A stretch of DNA of 64,000 nt, from sequence record ON287376.1; one strand, written 5' to 3'. Under the pieces are notes generated by a model. The model had not been told where the DNA came from. It did not search any database and saw only the letters and a program-made list of their open reading frames with translations. The position numbers were made by a program, and so were the translations under genes. The number at the start of each line of letters is the position of its first letter. Positions within the stretch are counted from its first letter, which is position 1. Shown one piece after another: positions 28,350 to 38,998 of this stretch.

Positions 28350-29219
28350 TTAGATACCGACACCGCCTTTGGACATTTTCTGCATCCACTCAACGTAACC
28401 AGTATCAGCAGCAGCAACGTCAGCTTCTGCGGATTGCAGGAAGGCCGGACGGGTGTTGATGTCAATACCAGTTTGACGAGCGCGATCCAGGAACTGCTGG
28501 CCCAGTTTACGAACACCGTCACCTACTTGCTGAATACCAGTGAAGGTAATCGAGTGAGTTACGGATTCAGGGGTAGCGGTGATGTCACGGCTACCTTCGT
28601 TACGTGGACCCTGCATTGGCATCATGTTGGTAACCAACCATGCTTCCTGGCAATAACGCTGAGATGCATCCGGCTCTACGAAGAGTACGGTGAACGCAGT
28701 GTAGTCAGGGTAACTGGTACCAGGGGTGATGTTGCCTTTGGCGATGATGCCTGGAACGTTACTCTCTGGGTTACCCAGGAAGTAAATGATGTAGCGCTGC
28801 CAGAAGTTCAGGACCGGACGACCGATCTTCTCTACCCACTCGAACTGAGGAACAGAACGAGCGCGGCGAACTTTAGCCAGAGACTGCATCATCTCACCAG
28901 AACCACCGAACGGGTTTTCGACGTATTCAACGTCCAACGACTGATCCAGGCCGGAGATAGAACGCGGGTGCAGTTCGATCAGGGCCTTCAGAGCTGCTTG
29001 CCATTTCGCCGGGTCATCCGTATCCAGCATTGCTGCAGGACATTCCAGAAGGAATGGGATAACCGGACGACGGGTGTAGTCAGCTGCACCGTGGTAGTAA
29101 CGGAAATCAGGAGCGTACCCCATCATGCCTGAGTTAGGCAGGTTGGTTACGGGCCCGAAGGACCCGTTGACGTACGCTGTGTTGGAAGGGAGAATGGTAT
29201 TTGGATCTTTCTTAGCCAT
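28350..29219 (-). CDS. Tail tube protein (phiKZ gp30-like)
   Basis: ~290 aa directly after the sheath; T4-gp19-like LFVEPD...EAWLVTNMMP pattern. Confidence 0.88.
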   Translation of the reverse strand: MAKKDPNTILPSNTAYVNGSFGPVTNLPNSGMMGYAPDFRYYHGAADYTRRPVIPFLLECPAAMLDTDDPAKWQAALKALIELHPRSISGLDQSLDVEYVENPFGGSGEMMQSLAKVRRARSVPQFEWVEKIGRPVLNFWQRYIIYFLGNPESNVPGIIAKGNITPGTSYPDYTAFTVLFVEPDASQRYCQEAWLVTNMMPMQGPRNEGSRDITATPESVTHSITFTGIQQVGDGVRKLGQQFLDRARQTGIDINTRPAFLQSAEADVAAADTGYVEWMQKMSKGGVGI

Positions 29220-31290
29220 TCGCTAACTCCTCGGCGGTATAAGCTACGGACGACATGTCCAATACGGTACGCATGTGGTTCGCACCGAAATCAACACGCA
29301 ACGACCAGCTGTAACCACGTTCACGGTCACCGTCGGTGATCTGAGCATGAGGGATATAACGCAGACGGTTATCGAAGGCGTTTGCACCGCGATCAGTTAC
29401 GATCTTCTCGGTACGTTCCAACAGCTGATCGTCAGACAGTTTACCGTTACCCGACAGATCACGCCATGCATCGAAGCCGAAGCGGTTGATGTTGGCAACC
29501 AGCAGACCAGTCATGGAAGACTTCAGCACAGAACCAGGTTCTGGGTAGAAGCTCTGCTGACCGGCATAGAACTGGGAGCGGGTGTCGTAGTCTTCCACGT
29601 ACACCAGACCACTTGCCCACTGACGGCGTTTTACACGCCAGGACTTGTCGAGGTTGGTTACGTTTTTGACTACTTGAACGATACGGTTCGCACCGTCGTC
29701 GATCGCGTTTTCAGATTTCAGTACACCGTTAGCTGCGCCGGCATAAGAGCACATTGCAGCGAAACGGTCCAGGTTCAGCGGAACACGGAACTTGCGAGTA
29801 GTACCGGTGTAGTCGCCACACTGACCTACGATCTGACCACGGAATGCCGGGGTAGCGAAATCTGTAGAATCAGGGAACTGTTGGACACGGGTCAACAGAG
29901 ACAGAGCGATGGACTCTTCTTCTTCGTTGGTGTTGTCCGGGAGGCTGATATCCTGTGTACACAAGCTGATCCAGGTATCAGCACGGAAGCCGATAATTGC
30001 CGGGATGAGTTGCTTGGTAGCCAGATCGTAACCGGAGTCCCAGAAGGCGTTGAACGGATAACGCGCCATGTTGCTCAGGTTGATACCGGTGTTGCTGGTC
30101 AGGTTACCCAGGATTTTAGCCACTGCCTTGTTAAAGGAAGCGTTACCCAGAGTACCGTCACCACCACCTACCATGTAGAAGGATGCGTTCTCAGAGAGAA
30201 CAGTACCGCCTTCAGAAACCGGCTGGATTTGCACAGTGTGGTAAGGTACGCCTTCCACAGTTTGCGCGCCGAACAGGTTGATCTCGTACAGGTCATCCGG
30301 GTTGTCAGAGACAGCCGGGTTAGCCGCAGATTCCAGAGCCTGGATTTCTTTCAGCAGCATGTCTACGTTAGCCTGGTACAGATAAGGCTTATCGATTGGA
30401 GATTCCAACCAAGTAGACGGGTCGCTATCGTTGTAGCGCTCATCGATGCGTTCAGCGAAATCGTAAACGATCCCGGTTTCACGGTCGATGGTGTCAGTCC
30501 CCAGGCTTACCAATACGGAAGATTCCTGAGACAGAGTCTCAAGGATTGCCGGAGAAGACAGTTCGTTTTCACGAACCAGCATCTGGAAGCGATACAGGAA
30601 AGACTTCAGTCGAGCTTGCAGATCGGAATCTGCCGCTTGACGAGATTGGGTGGTCGGAGCCCAGATGCGCAGTGCGGTGTTTGGACCCAGAGACGATTTG
30701 TCGCGAGCGATCCAGTCTACCAACGGCAGCAACTGAGATTTACCCGCGGTGTCGTCACCCAGGGTACCGTCGGATTTTTCACGGCGGCCGTACATTGTTT
30801 GTTGGCTATCTTTGTCAACCGGAATCGCGCCGAAATGGAACGACATCAGGATGCCAGGGATAGTGGTACCAGTTGCTTGCTTCTGGCCATTGGAGTCCAG
30901 AATGTAGCGACCTTCTTCGTCGCGTTTGTATTCTGGAAGATCTTTCTTCATCCAGTCTACAGACAGACCGAGAGTTGCTGGGTCGGGAATATCTTCCGGC
31001 TCAACACGCATTGCCAAGAACTGGTTGCCGGCTTTACGCGCTTCGATAACGAATGGCGTAGAGTGAGTAGCATAAGGGGAGTTCAGGTCAACAGCTTCGG
31101 AACCGAAGATATCTTCGAACTTGTTCGGGTCGATCCACATCGGCGTAGTTGGCCCTTTCCGCGAGAAGAACGGAATCAGAGGACGGTGCAAAGGGAGCGT
31201 GGTTGGTGCCCCAGTGCTACGCTGATAAGATGTGTCCCGAGTACCCCGATAATAAATATTGGGAGTAGAGCTTGTGATTTGCTCAGACAT
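29212..31290 (-). CDS. Contractile tail sheath protein (phiKZ gp29-like)
   Basis: 692 aa; RGTRD, LPLHRP, YPFNAFWDSGY motifs; synteny with tube and terminase block. Confidence 0.92.
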   Translation of the reverse strand: MSEQITSSTPNIYYRGTRDTSYQRSTGAPTTLPLHRPLIPFFSRKGPTTPMWIDPNKFEDIFGSEAVDLNSPYATHSTPFVIEARKAGNQFLAMRVEPEDIPDPATLGLSVDWMKKDLPEYKRDEEGRYILDSNGQKQATGTTIPGILMSFHFGAIPVDKDSQQTMYGRREKSDGTLGDDTAGKSQLLPLVDWIARDKSSLGPNTALRIWAPTTQSRQAADSDLQARLKSFLYRFQMLVRENELSSPAILETLSQESSVLVSLGTDTIDRETGIVYDFAERIDERYNDSDPSTWLESPIDKPYLYQANVDMLLKEIQALESAANPAVSDNPDDLYEINLFGAQTVEGVPYHTVQIQPVSEGGTVLSENASFYMVGGGDGTLGNASFNKAVAKILGNLTSNTGINLSNMARYPFNAFWDSGYDLATKQLIPAIIGFRADTWISLCTQDISLPDNTNEEEESIALSLLTRVQQFPDSTDFATPAFRGQIVGQCGDYTGTTRKFRVPLNLDRFAAMCSYAGAANGVLKSENAIDDGANRIVQVVKNVTNLDKSWRVKRRQWASGLVYVEDYDTRSQFYAGQQSFYPEPGSVLKSSMTGLLVANINRFGFDAWRDLSGNGKLSDDQLLERTEKIVTDRGANAFDNRLRYIPHAQITDGDRERGYSWSLRVDFGANHMRTVLDMSSVAYTAEELANG

Positions 31291-31325
31291 GGTGTTGCTC
31301 CGTATACAGAGTGATCTTACGTAAG

Positions 31326-31335
31326 TATGTACATA
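31326..31335. promoter_or_regulatory. Palindromic TATGTACATA, putative divergent late promoter pair
   Basis: Gives TATGTA on both strands between the divergent sheath and 31400 genes; the phiKZ late promoter core is TATG. Confidence 0.5.
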
Positions 31336-31399
31336 TCACGTGTGACATTACGCGTCATAATAAGCATTTAAGCCTTAGTTAAACATTTGGAGAGTAGAA

Positions 31400-32335
31400 A
31401 TGTTCAAACGAACCTACGATACTACCGCAGGAAGTATCCACTACCAGAACACTTTACCAGGTCGTCTGCTGGTAGCAAAAGCAGAACAAACCCTGACTGC
31501 AGATCTGATCCCTGGTATCCCTGACCTTTACTGTCTGGTAGAGAAGTCTGCTCGTACCGACATGATCCCGACTTTCTTCCACTTGATGAAAGTCTCAGCT
31601 TCCGCCAATGAAGCGCCGTTCTACGTTATCGACCTGCGTCCTTATCGTAGCCAACTTCGTGACGGTGGTAATGGTCGCCCTATCCTGTCTAACGAAGGTA
31701 CTGTTGGTCACTTCACTCGCCGTGCTCTGCTGGAAATGCATTGGGACAAATTCGGTGGTCGTCCTCTGCTGTTCGCTGGGGATGTTCCGGTAGTTATCTT
31801 CGCACGTTGGATCGGCGGTCTGCTTCGTAGCCGTTTCAATCTGAACGAAGAAAGCTCTCCGCGTGTTCAGGTGTTTGCAGCTTACTACTACATGTGCCTG
31901 CACTTTAATAAGGAAGACTTCACTGCTGATTCGAACAAAATGCTGGCCGTTCGTATCTCACGTGCTCTTCGTCTCCCTGTACAGAAAGTCATCGACTGGG
32001 TAGCACCGCTTCCTTATTTAGCTAACCTGGACGACTTCTGCAATATCGCTCTGGTTAAGAACAGCGGTACTGTAGCGCTAAGCGGTATTGACCGTCGTGT
32101 TCTCTGGGCCATGACCGGTACCGGCTGGTTCGGCTCCGCTGATACTAAAGAAGTATTGGCTGTCTCTCTGGAGTTCCCTCCAGCGTTTGTTTCCATGGTT
32201 TATACCGGGACTACCGATCGCCTGGCTCGTAAAGCTGCTCTCAGTCAATTGATTGAGAAAGAAGGTCGCACCCTGGGTGCACAGGCTTACTGTCAGCGGA
32301 TCGATGGTCTGATTCGTGAATTGAAAATCGTTTGA
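31400..32335 (+). CDS. Virion structural protein (phiKZ gp28-like)
   Basis: Size and position divergent from the sheath, matching the conserved block. Confidence 0.75.
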   Translation: MFKRTYDTTAGSIHYQNTLPGRLLVAKAEQTLTADLIPGIPDLYCLVEKSARTDMIPTFFHLMKVSASANEAPFYVIDLRPYRSQLRDGGNGRPILSNEGTVGHFTRRALLEMHWDKFGGRPLLFAGDVPVVIFARWIGGLLRSRFNLNEESSPRVQVFAAYYYMCLHFNKEDFTADSNKMLAVRISRALRLPVQKVIDWVAPLPYLANLDDFCNIALVKNSGTVALSGIDRRVLWAMTGTGWFGSADTKEVLAVSLEFPPAFVSMVYTGTTDRLARKAALSQLIEKEGRTLGAQAYCQRIDGLIRELKIV

Positions 32336-32342
32336 TGCTAAG

Positions 32343-34910
32343 GTGCGCGACATGAATAGTCTTACAGCTAGTTATTTACTCGATCATGCGCGCACTAACC
32401 TTTGGTGCGCACCATTCCAAGACCGACAGGTCATCTTAGACCTGACCCGTATCAGCCGAGATGGCGGTGCTTTGCAATCTATCCTTGTTCAATGGACAGA
32501 TATTCCACTGCCTACTAAGGATGAGTTCTACCACGTTTACCAGATCGGTAACAACAGTAGCTGGCGTACTAACTTGCCTGACCAACGAAACATTTGGTTC
32601 CAGATGAGTGCATGGTCTGCTACGGGTAATCTCATTACTGACCTCTACCTGAACAACGGGGAAAGAATCCCTACCTTCAGCAGTTACGTCCTTCGTACCA
32701 AGAATGACAACTTGATTGTCGCAGTGAAGCTGTATAAGTCTCGCTGGAATCTGGACGAAGACAATCTCTACCTCCGCATTTACAACAACGCCTTCTTCTC
32801 CTCTAAACGCTCAGCAACGATCGAAACGAAAGTTGCCTACGGCGGTGGTGAATACAAAACCCCTAATGATGGGAAAACGTGGCGTGACGAAATTCGTGCA
32901 TGGCGTAAGAAACGCGGCATCGTGAACGTATTCGTCAATGGGGTATGGGTAGACGATTTAAATCTCTCTGCGATGGTTACAGGCGATTTGGTCGAATGGG
33001 TTTATGACAGTGCTGTCTCCCGTATCGTTGACTTTAAGTTGACGTCGTTACCGGACTTCACTTCTACCTTAGATAAAACGAAAAAGTATTTGCTCCACCC
33101 CAGTAAGAACTCTCATGAGGAAATGATCTACTATCGTGACGATGTGGACGTTTACCTTTATGCCAAGAGTGGTGATGGCAACGACAAGTTGATTGGTCGT
33201 TATTACCAGCGTAACCGAGAAGACTCGATGCGCATGGTCACTCACGCCGACTACTCGATCCCAACGGGTTACATCTACAACTACGTCGTTGATGGGTGGA
33301 CTAACCGTGACAACTTCTACATCCGTTTACATCTGCGTGACAGCGGATTTAAGCGTCCTCTCATTAATGAGGTCAACCGTATCCAAACTCTGTATCGTTT
33401 AGACGATATGGATATTCTTCGCGCTATGCTGGGCATTGATGCGACGATCAAGGAATGGAAGGTTGAGAATCTGGAAGAGTCCATGTACACCGCTATCATG
33501 CGTGACCAGTACGCAACCTTCACTGCAGAAGACGTAGTGAACGCTTACGGGTATAACGCATTGGCTAAGCTGTTTGCTGACACCCCAGTAGAGAGTAACC
33601 CGGATAGTAATGGTGACTGGGCGCAAGTGCCATTCGGGATTCAACAAGGCGGGACATTCTTCGAGTACACCAAAGATGGTAAACTCTTAGGATGGAGTTT
33701 TGACGGGTTCAGCGATCGCTTCTTTACCAAGTTCGAAGGGACTGGAATGGTAGAGATGCTCATGGGTCACGGTAGAAAGGATATCAACTGGAATCCTTCT
33801 AACGACGATTTCCAGATGGGCGACAAGTACCAGTATTACTTCTTCGTAAGTCCAGTCAAGAACGGAGTTATTACCGGAGCATGGCGGCCTGCAGAGGAAG
33901 GTAAGGACTACATGGTTAGTCCTAATGGACTGGTTACCTGGATCCACGTAAAAGCGCGTAATATGGGTTTGGTGCTCTCTAACGAGTACTTCCTCTGTTA
34001 CACCCAGGATGTTAATCCGTCCGATGGCATCATGCGGTTCTCCATCACCCACTCTAATCAGCTGGGTACCGTACTTCCTATCCAACCTGAAGTTCTCGAT
34101 ATCTTCCAAGGGAGTTACTCGCTTATTGAAGGTTTGGACTATATCGTAGAGTGGCCGGTAGTTACGGTCATCACTCCGCGTTACAACGTGCCGGGTGATG
34201 TGCAGCGGTTTACCATTCGCGGTATGGGCTGGGAGACTCCGACTGTTAAACGTCGCAAGCCAGATGATGCAGGGTTCGCTTACCAAGGAATCTTGAGCCT
34301 CAACGGTCGCTTCGATGTACGTGACGATAAAGTCATGCGTTGCGTTGTTGATGGTAAGCTCGGGATCGCAAGTGAATTGCCATTTGCTGAGAACTACGGT
34401 AAGCCAGGAATTATTACTGTCCCTAATGGTACGGCGTATTCAGAAATGACCATGTACGTTCCGCTGTTCGGTTTGCCCACTAAACAGAATGAGATCCTCA
34501 TGCTGCGTGGTGAAGAAAGCGATAAGCGTTTGAGCGATTACATGACGCTGAAGTACCCGGAAGTAGTGGTAGAAGGCCCGAACCCGATTGAGGAACATTA
34601 TCGTCTCTTCAGTCCGTTGATCACCCGCCTCTACTATGAAATCAACTTGGGAACATTGACTCCTCCGTCCAATCCAAAAGATCGCGTAACGCTCTCTAAC
34701 GTGATCAATGATTATCTCGATTACTTGAACATCGACCCTTGTCGTTTCGATTTGAACGAGAACTATCTGCGGATTGATTGTCACCCGTTTGACGATATGC
34801 TTCCTATCGATAAAGCAACTTGGCTGTTCTTCGAGCAGGTTAACCAAGTGTACCTTCGTGGGAAACTCAAGTTAAATAGCTTCTTCATCATCAAGGACAA
34901 AACTGTATGA
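32343..34910 (+). CDS. Virion/baseplate structural protein (phiKZ gp27-like)
   Basis: 855 aa, NLWCAPFQDRQ N-terminus, conserved block. Confidence 0.8.
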   Translation: MRDMNSLTASYLLDHARTNLWCAPFQDRQVILDLTRISRDGGALQSILVQWTDIPLPTKDEFYHVYQIGNNSSWRTNLPDQRNIWFQMSAWSATGNLITDLYLNNGERIPTFSSYVLRTKNDNLIVAVKLYKSRWNLDEDNLYLRIYNNAFFSSKRSATIETKVAYGGGEYKTPNDGKTWRDEIRAWRKKRGIVNVFVNGVWVDDLNLSAMVTGDLVEWVYDSAVSRIVDFKLTSLPDFTSTLDKTKKYLLHPSKNSHEEMIYYRDDVDVYLYAKSGDGNDKLIGRYYQRNREDSMRMVTHADYSIPTGYIYNYVVDGWTNRDNFYIRLHLRDSGFKRPLINEVNRIQTLYRLDDMDILRAMLGIDATIKEWKVENLEESMYTAIMRDQYATFTAEDVVNAYGYNALAKLFADTPVESNPDSNGDWAQVPFGIQQGGTFFEYTKDGKLLGWSFDGFSDRFFTKFEGTGMVEMLMGHGRKDINWNPSNDDFQMGDKYQYYFFVSPVKNGVITGAWRPAEEGKDYMVSPNGLVTWIHVKARNMGLVLSNEYFLCYTQDVNPSDGIMRFSITHSNQLGTVLPIQPEVLDIFQGSYSLIEGLDYIVEWPVVTVITPRYNVPGDVQRFTIRGMGWETPTVKRRKPDDAGFAYQGILSLNGRFDVRDDKVMRCVVDGKLGIASELPFAENYGKPGIITVPNGTAYSEMTMYVPLFGLPTKQNEILMLRGEESDKRLSDYMTLKYPEVVVEGPNPIEEHYRLFSPLITRLYYEINLGTLTPPSNPKDRVTLSNVINDYLDYLNIDPCRFDLNENYLRIDCHPFDDMLPIDKATWLFFEQVNQVYLRGKLKLNSFFIIKDKTV

Positions 34911-36628
34911 CTGTCTTGAAAACGACTGGCGGTTTGCCTTACGTTACAGGACTTACGGATACCACACCGGGCGATGTCCCGGTTTGGAACCCCAAGGCCC
35001 TGTGGCAGTATCGGCACATCAGTGAAATTTATAGGGGTCGTGAAAATATTGGCCAGGGTAATATCGGTCGTTATGTCCCTAATAAAGGCGATAAAGTATT
35101 TGACCCAGAAACGGGCGATTACCTGGTATCCGAAGTTGATCAATCAACTCTGCTCTCTACGTTGATCTCTTATACGCCGCCGACCACCGAAGGTTCCAAT
35201 CTTCCTGATAAACTCCTCGGTGTTGGTCCGCGTTATCCGCAGGCCGGTTACTTTGTCTACGTTGACAGTACCGTTAACCCGCCACGGATGAGTTTCGACT
35301 CCATGCTTCACTACTACTCTAAGAGTGCGATTAAAGTTCGCGTCTATGCTGGAGAAGATATTACTTCTAACCCAGAGGTATTGTCTGCATGGTACGATCA
35401 GTCCGGTGTTTATCGTGGTGACACGATTGACCTGGTTAAGGTAAACGACATTGCCGGTAATGCCGACTACAAGGTTCCTCTGGAAGCCTGGTCTAAACGA
35501 CCAATCAAACAGGGTGAATCCGTCATGGTTGTCTGCTACAGCGCGGAAGGTATCCCTACTTCTAAAGTAGTGATGCGTGCCATCGACTCTGGTATCATCC
35601 GTCAGAACAACACTGCACAGCGCGAGATCCACTCTATTGAGTTGGTATCTAGTTACCTGTCACCTACCGATAAGACTCGTCTCCTGATTCCTTCTCAGGC
35701 TCTGATGGATTCTATCGACCTGGGTTGCCGGGTTACTTACAGCGACGGTACTGTATCTCCACTGAAACCGATCGATGACTCTAAGATTCGTCTATCTGGT
35801 TTCCGTGAGTACGTGTCTACTGAAGTTGGTCGTGAGAACCCGCTGACGCTGTTCTATCAACTGGATAGTACCGAGAGTTATTCCGGCACCAACACTTCGG
35901 CTAATGGCGTGGTTGCAGTTCGTTACACGATCGAAACAGTTGCTGTCCGTAACGCATTTGCTGTTAAGCTGTTCATGTATCCTTACTGGGTAGATGATAA
36001 CAACGGCTACCGTCTGCGCTTCTGGCTGCATTCCCTGGATCGTCTGTCGATGTACGACGTGACTAACTTGATCGAAATCTCTCCGAGCTCAGCTACCTGG
36101 GATCCGAAAGGTTACGGGATTAAACAACACATGCAGTTCGACTTGGACTTGTCTCGTGTTGATCCTAGCTATCAAGCGTATCGTCACACTCAACGTAACG
36201 ACATCTCTCTGGTTCGTGACGGTGTTACCGATGACGGTACTGCTTGGTTCGTTAACTTCGAGAATGGTGACGAGGACTACGGCGGTGGTTTGGAATGTCG
36301 TCTGAAGTTCGTGAGTTCTCAGAACTGGAGCGTCGATATCGCTGCTCAGGCTAAAACCCTGGAAGAGTGGCTGGATCGCGTTTACTACCGTACTCACCCT
36401 CTGTACGATAGCAGCAACGAACTGGCACCTCCGGCTCCGACTCACTTCGTACTGGTTGTTGACGGGATGCGTGTACGTCGTCCGATCTCTGATTGGAACC
36501 AACCGTTCACTGTTCCTACCGGTGGTAAAGTTGGTGATCTGGCAGCAGTTCACTGGATCAAAGAAGTCGACGATGTCGATTTGCAGTTGGGTACTAGCGG
36601 CTTCATTATCCGCCAGAACATCCCATAA
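34907..36628 (+). CDS. Virion/baseplate structural protein (phiKZ gp26-like)
   Basis: 573 aa, ATGA-coupled, upstream of the terminase. Confidence 0.8.
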   Translation: MTVLKTTGGLPYVTGLTDTTPGDVPVWNPKALWQYRHISEIYRGRENIGQGNIGRYVPNKGDKVFDPETGDYLVSEVDQSTLLSTLISYTPPTTEGSNLPDKLLGVGPRYPQAGYFVYVDSTVNPPRMSFDSMLHYYSKSAIKVRVYAGEDITSNPEVLSAWYDQSGVYRGDTIDLVKVNDIAGNADYKVPLEAWSKRPIKQGESVMVVCYSAEGIPTSKVVMRAIDSGIIRQNNTAQREIHSIELVSSYLSPTDKTRLLIPSQALMDSIDLGCRVTYSDGTVSPLKPIDDSKIRLSGFREYVSTEVGRENPLTLFYQLDSTESYSGTNTSANGVVAVRYTIETVAVRNAFAVKLFMYPYWVDDNNGYRLRFWLHSLDRLSMYDVTNLIEISPSSATWDPKGYGIKQHMQFDLDLSRVDPSYQAYRHTQRNDISLVRDGVTDDGTAWFVNFENGDEDYGGGLECRLKFVSSQNWSVDIAAQAKTLEEWLDRVYYRTHPLYDSSNELAPPAPTHFVLVVDGMRVRRPISDWNQPFTVPTGGKVGDLAAVHWIKEVDDVDLQLGTSGFIIRQNIP

Positions 36629-36771
36629 TCGATTATAGACCGAGAGGGGACCTTAGGGTTCCCTCTCTCTATTTTGTCTTATTGTGAGGCCCTATAGAGG
36701 CTACTAGCCTATTAACTGAGTCTTCTGGCTCGGTATTAACTATTAAAGCCAACCGTTTATGGAGCAATAAG

Positions 36772-38886
36772 ATGATACTGCACAAAAAAGATTGGGATAA
36801 GTTCCCCAGCGCAATTCCGCATATTACGACAAAAAATAAATCGTTCAAACGATTCGTCGGTGTGCTGCAGAAAATGGGGATCGAGAACTGTTGGTGGCCT
36901 TTGGCACTGCTCAACCCGGAGTTGGCTAATGTCGACCCATTCGACCCTAACCTGACTGACTCGCAGAAAGCAGCAGTCAAACTGGAAGCTGAATACAACA
37001 TCTGGTATTACCTGAGGGAATGCGTTCTCGTACCTAACCCTGCAGGTGATGGTGGCGATATGTTCCGTGCTAACCGTGCGAACATGTCCTTGATCTGGTC
37101 TTACATGAATCACGTAGCATATCTTCTGATTCAGCCTCGTCAGACCGGTAAATCAATTTCCTCTTACGTACTGTACAGCTGGTTACTTTACATCAAGTAT
37201 CGTAAGACTCGTATCTCCCTGGTAACTAAGTCGGATGAACTTCGTGCTGAAACCACAACTAAGGTTAGACAGATTCGCGAGCTTCTTCCTCCGTACATGA
37301 CCATTACGGATAAGACCGATACCATCGCGGGTGACAAGGCTACTTACAACGTTCGTCAAAACTTACTGGCTGTTGCGGTATCGCGTTCTGACCCAGCGGG
37401 TGCTAACAAAGTTGGTCGTGGTAACACCTCCCCTACGGTAGGATGGGATGAGGCCCCCTTCATTACCCACATCAAGATTGCATACACCGCAGCAATGCCA
37501 GGTATGAACGCCGCGATCAAAGCAGCGCGTGACCGTGGTATGCCATACGGTACCATCATGACAACTACTGCCGGTGAGCAAACAGACCGTGACGGTGAGT
37601 TCATCCACAAAATGTGGACTGAAGCAGCTCCATGGACTGAACACTTCCTGGACGCAGGGGATCAGGATAAACTGGAAGGGATGGTTAAGTTATCCTGTAA
37701 AGGCCGTCAGGTTCTGATCAACGGTACGTGGTCACATACTCAGGTTGGTGTTAGTGACCGTGAGCACTACGATAACATGGCACGTGCGCAGGCTGATGGC
37801 CCAGAGGCAGACCGTGACTTCTTTAACATCTGGACTTCTGGCGGTGCTAATAACCCATTGGATAAAAGTATTCTGGCTCAGATCGTTGCAAGTCAGCGTT
37901 ACTCGGATTACTCTGAGGTATTCGCTGGCGGGTATGTTATCCACTGGTATTTGAGTAAAGAAGAGTTAGAGGAACGCAGACCTAACCTTCAGATGATTGT
38001 GGGTGCCGATACCTCCGAAGGTGGTGGTAACGATGCCTTGACGCTCATCTTCACTGACCCGTATGATTTGTCGGTGCTAGGTACTTCGGTTATTAACGAG
38101 GCTCTTATTCCTAAGTACGCTGAGTTCCTCCATCAGATGTTAGTCCGTTATCCTAAGTCAGTCTTTATTCCTGAACGTAAATCAACCGGTCAAACCTTTA
38201 TCGACTACTTGTGTATCATGCTGCACAAAGACGGCATCGATCCGTTCACTCGTATTTTCAACACCATCGTAGACGAGGCGGACAGTGACCGTGTTGCATT
38301 CCAGGAAATAAAAGGGTCGATGGATCATCGCGATGACTCGTTCTACATTCGTCGTAAAACAAAGTTTGGTTTCTGTACTGGTACCACAACTCGTCGTACT
38401 CTCTACAACGAAATTCTTCAGATTGCTGGTAAGAAAGGTGCGAGTCGTGTCCATGATAAAGTACTGATCTCAGAACTGACTGGACTGGTGTCTAAGAATG
38501 GTCGTGTCGACCACGCTTCAGGCAAACACGATGATACCGTCATCGCATGGTTGCTGAGCGTTTGGCTGTGCGTATACGGTCGTAACCTCGATTACTACGG
38601 TATCGATGCACGTCGTGTAATGACACGTGCTCTGGAAAGCTCTGGGATGTCTAAGGAAGAAGAACAGCGTCACATGGACATCGAAGCGTTGCAACGTCAG
38701 ATTGAAAGTACCCTTGAGCAACTCAAGAGTGCAGATAGTCCAGCGTTGGCTATTCGCTACGAGAAACGAATCACTCACCTCAGCGAGATGTTAAGTGAGA
38801 TGGGTATCGATTCTGTAAACATCTCAGGTAAGATCGAAGAGATCAATGACGAGCGGAGACGTAAGGTTTACAACAACTATTACTAA
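36772..38886 (+). CDS. terL: Terminase large subunit (phiKZ gp25-like)
   Basis: Walker A QPRQTGKS, Walker B WDEAPF, nuclease GADTSEG and HDDTVIAWLL. Confidence 0.95.
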   Translation: MILHKKDWDKFPSAIPHITTKNKSFKRFVGVLQKMGIENCWWPLALLNPELANVDPFDPNLTDSQKAAVKLEAEYNIWYYLRECVLVPNPAGDGGDMFRANRANMSLIWSYMNHVAYLLIQPRQTGKSISSYVLYSWLLYIKYRKTRISLVTKSDELRAETTTKVRQIRELLPPYMTITDKTDTIAGDKATYNVRQNLLAVAVSRSDPAGANKVGRGNTSPTVGWDEAPFITHIKIAYTAAMPGMNAAIKAARDRGMPYGTIMTTTAGEQTDRDGEFIHKMWTEAAPWTEHFLDAGDQDKLEGMVKLSCKGRQVLINGTWSHTQVGVSDREHYDNMARAQADGPEADRDFFNIWTSGGANNPLDKSILAQIVASQRYSDYSEVFAGGYVIHWYLSKEELEERRPNLQMIVGADTSEGGGNDALTLIFTDPYDLSVLGTSVINEALIPKYAEFLHQMLVRYPKSVFIPERKSTGQTFIDYLCIMLHKDGIDPFTRIFNTIVDEADSDRVAFQEIKGSMDHRDDSFYIRRKTKFGFCTGTTTRRTLYNEILQIAGKKGASRVHDKVLISELTGLVSKNGRVDHASGKHDDTVIAWLLSVWLCVYGRNLDYYGIDARRVMTRALESSGMSKEEEQRHMDIEALQRQIESTLEQLKSADSPALAIRYEKRITHLSEMLSEMGIDSVNISGKIEEINDERRRKVYNNYY

Positions 38887-38902
38887 TCCACTTAGATTGA
38901 GA

Positions 38903-38922
38903 TCTATATTACTTTAATGATA
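38903..38922 (+). promoter_or_regulatory. Putative early promoter
   Basis: tctatattactttaatgata is identical to 20524-20543. Confidence 0.75.
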
Positions 38923-38998
38923 GTTGAGTAGTGGCTTCGGTCACTACTCCTATTTTACATCTATCCTGAAATAACTATGACCAACTGAGGAGAACATT

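Noticed and set aside
29275-31314. 679-aa plus-strand ORF antisense to the sheath; also 28248..29132, 39134..40012, 45257..45955 and 61587..63359
   Set aside because: Shadow ORFs produced by strong codon bias in the real genes: no convincing RBS, unnatural composition, no motifs.
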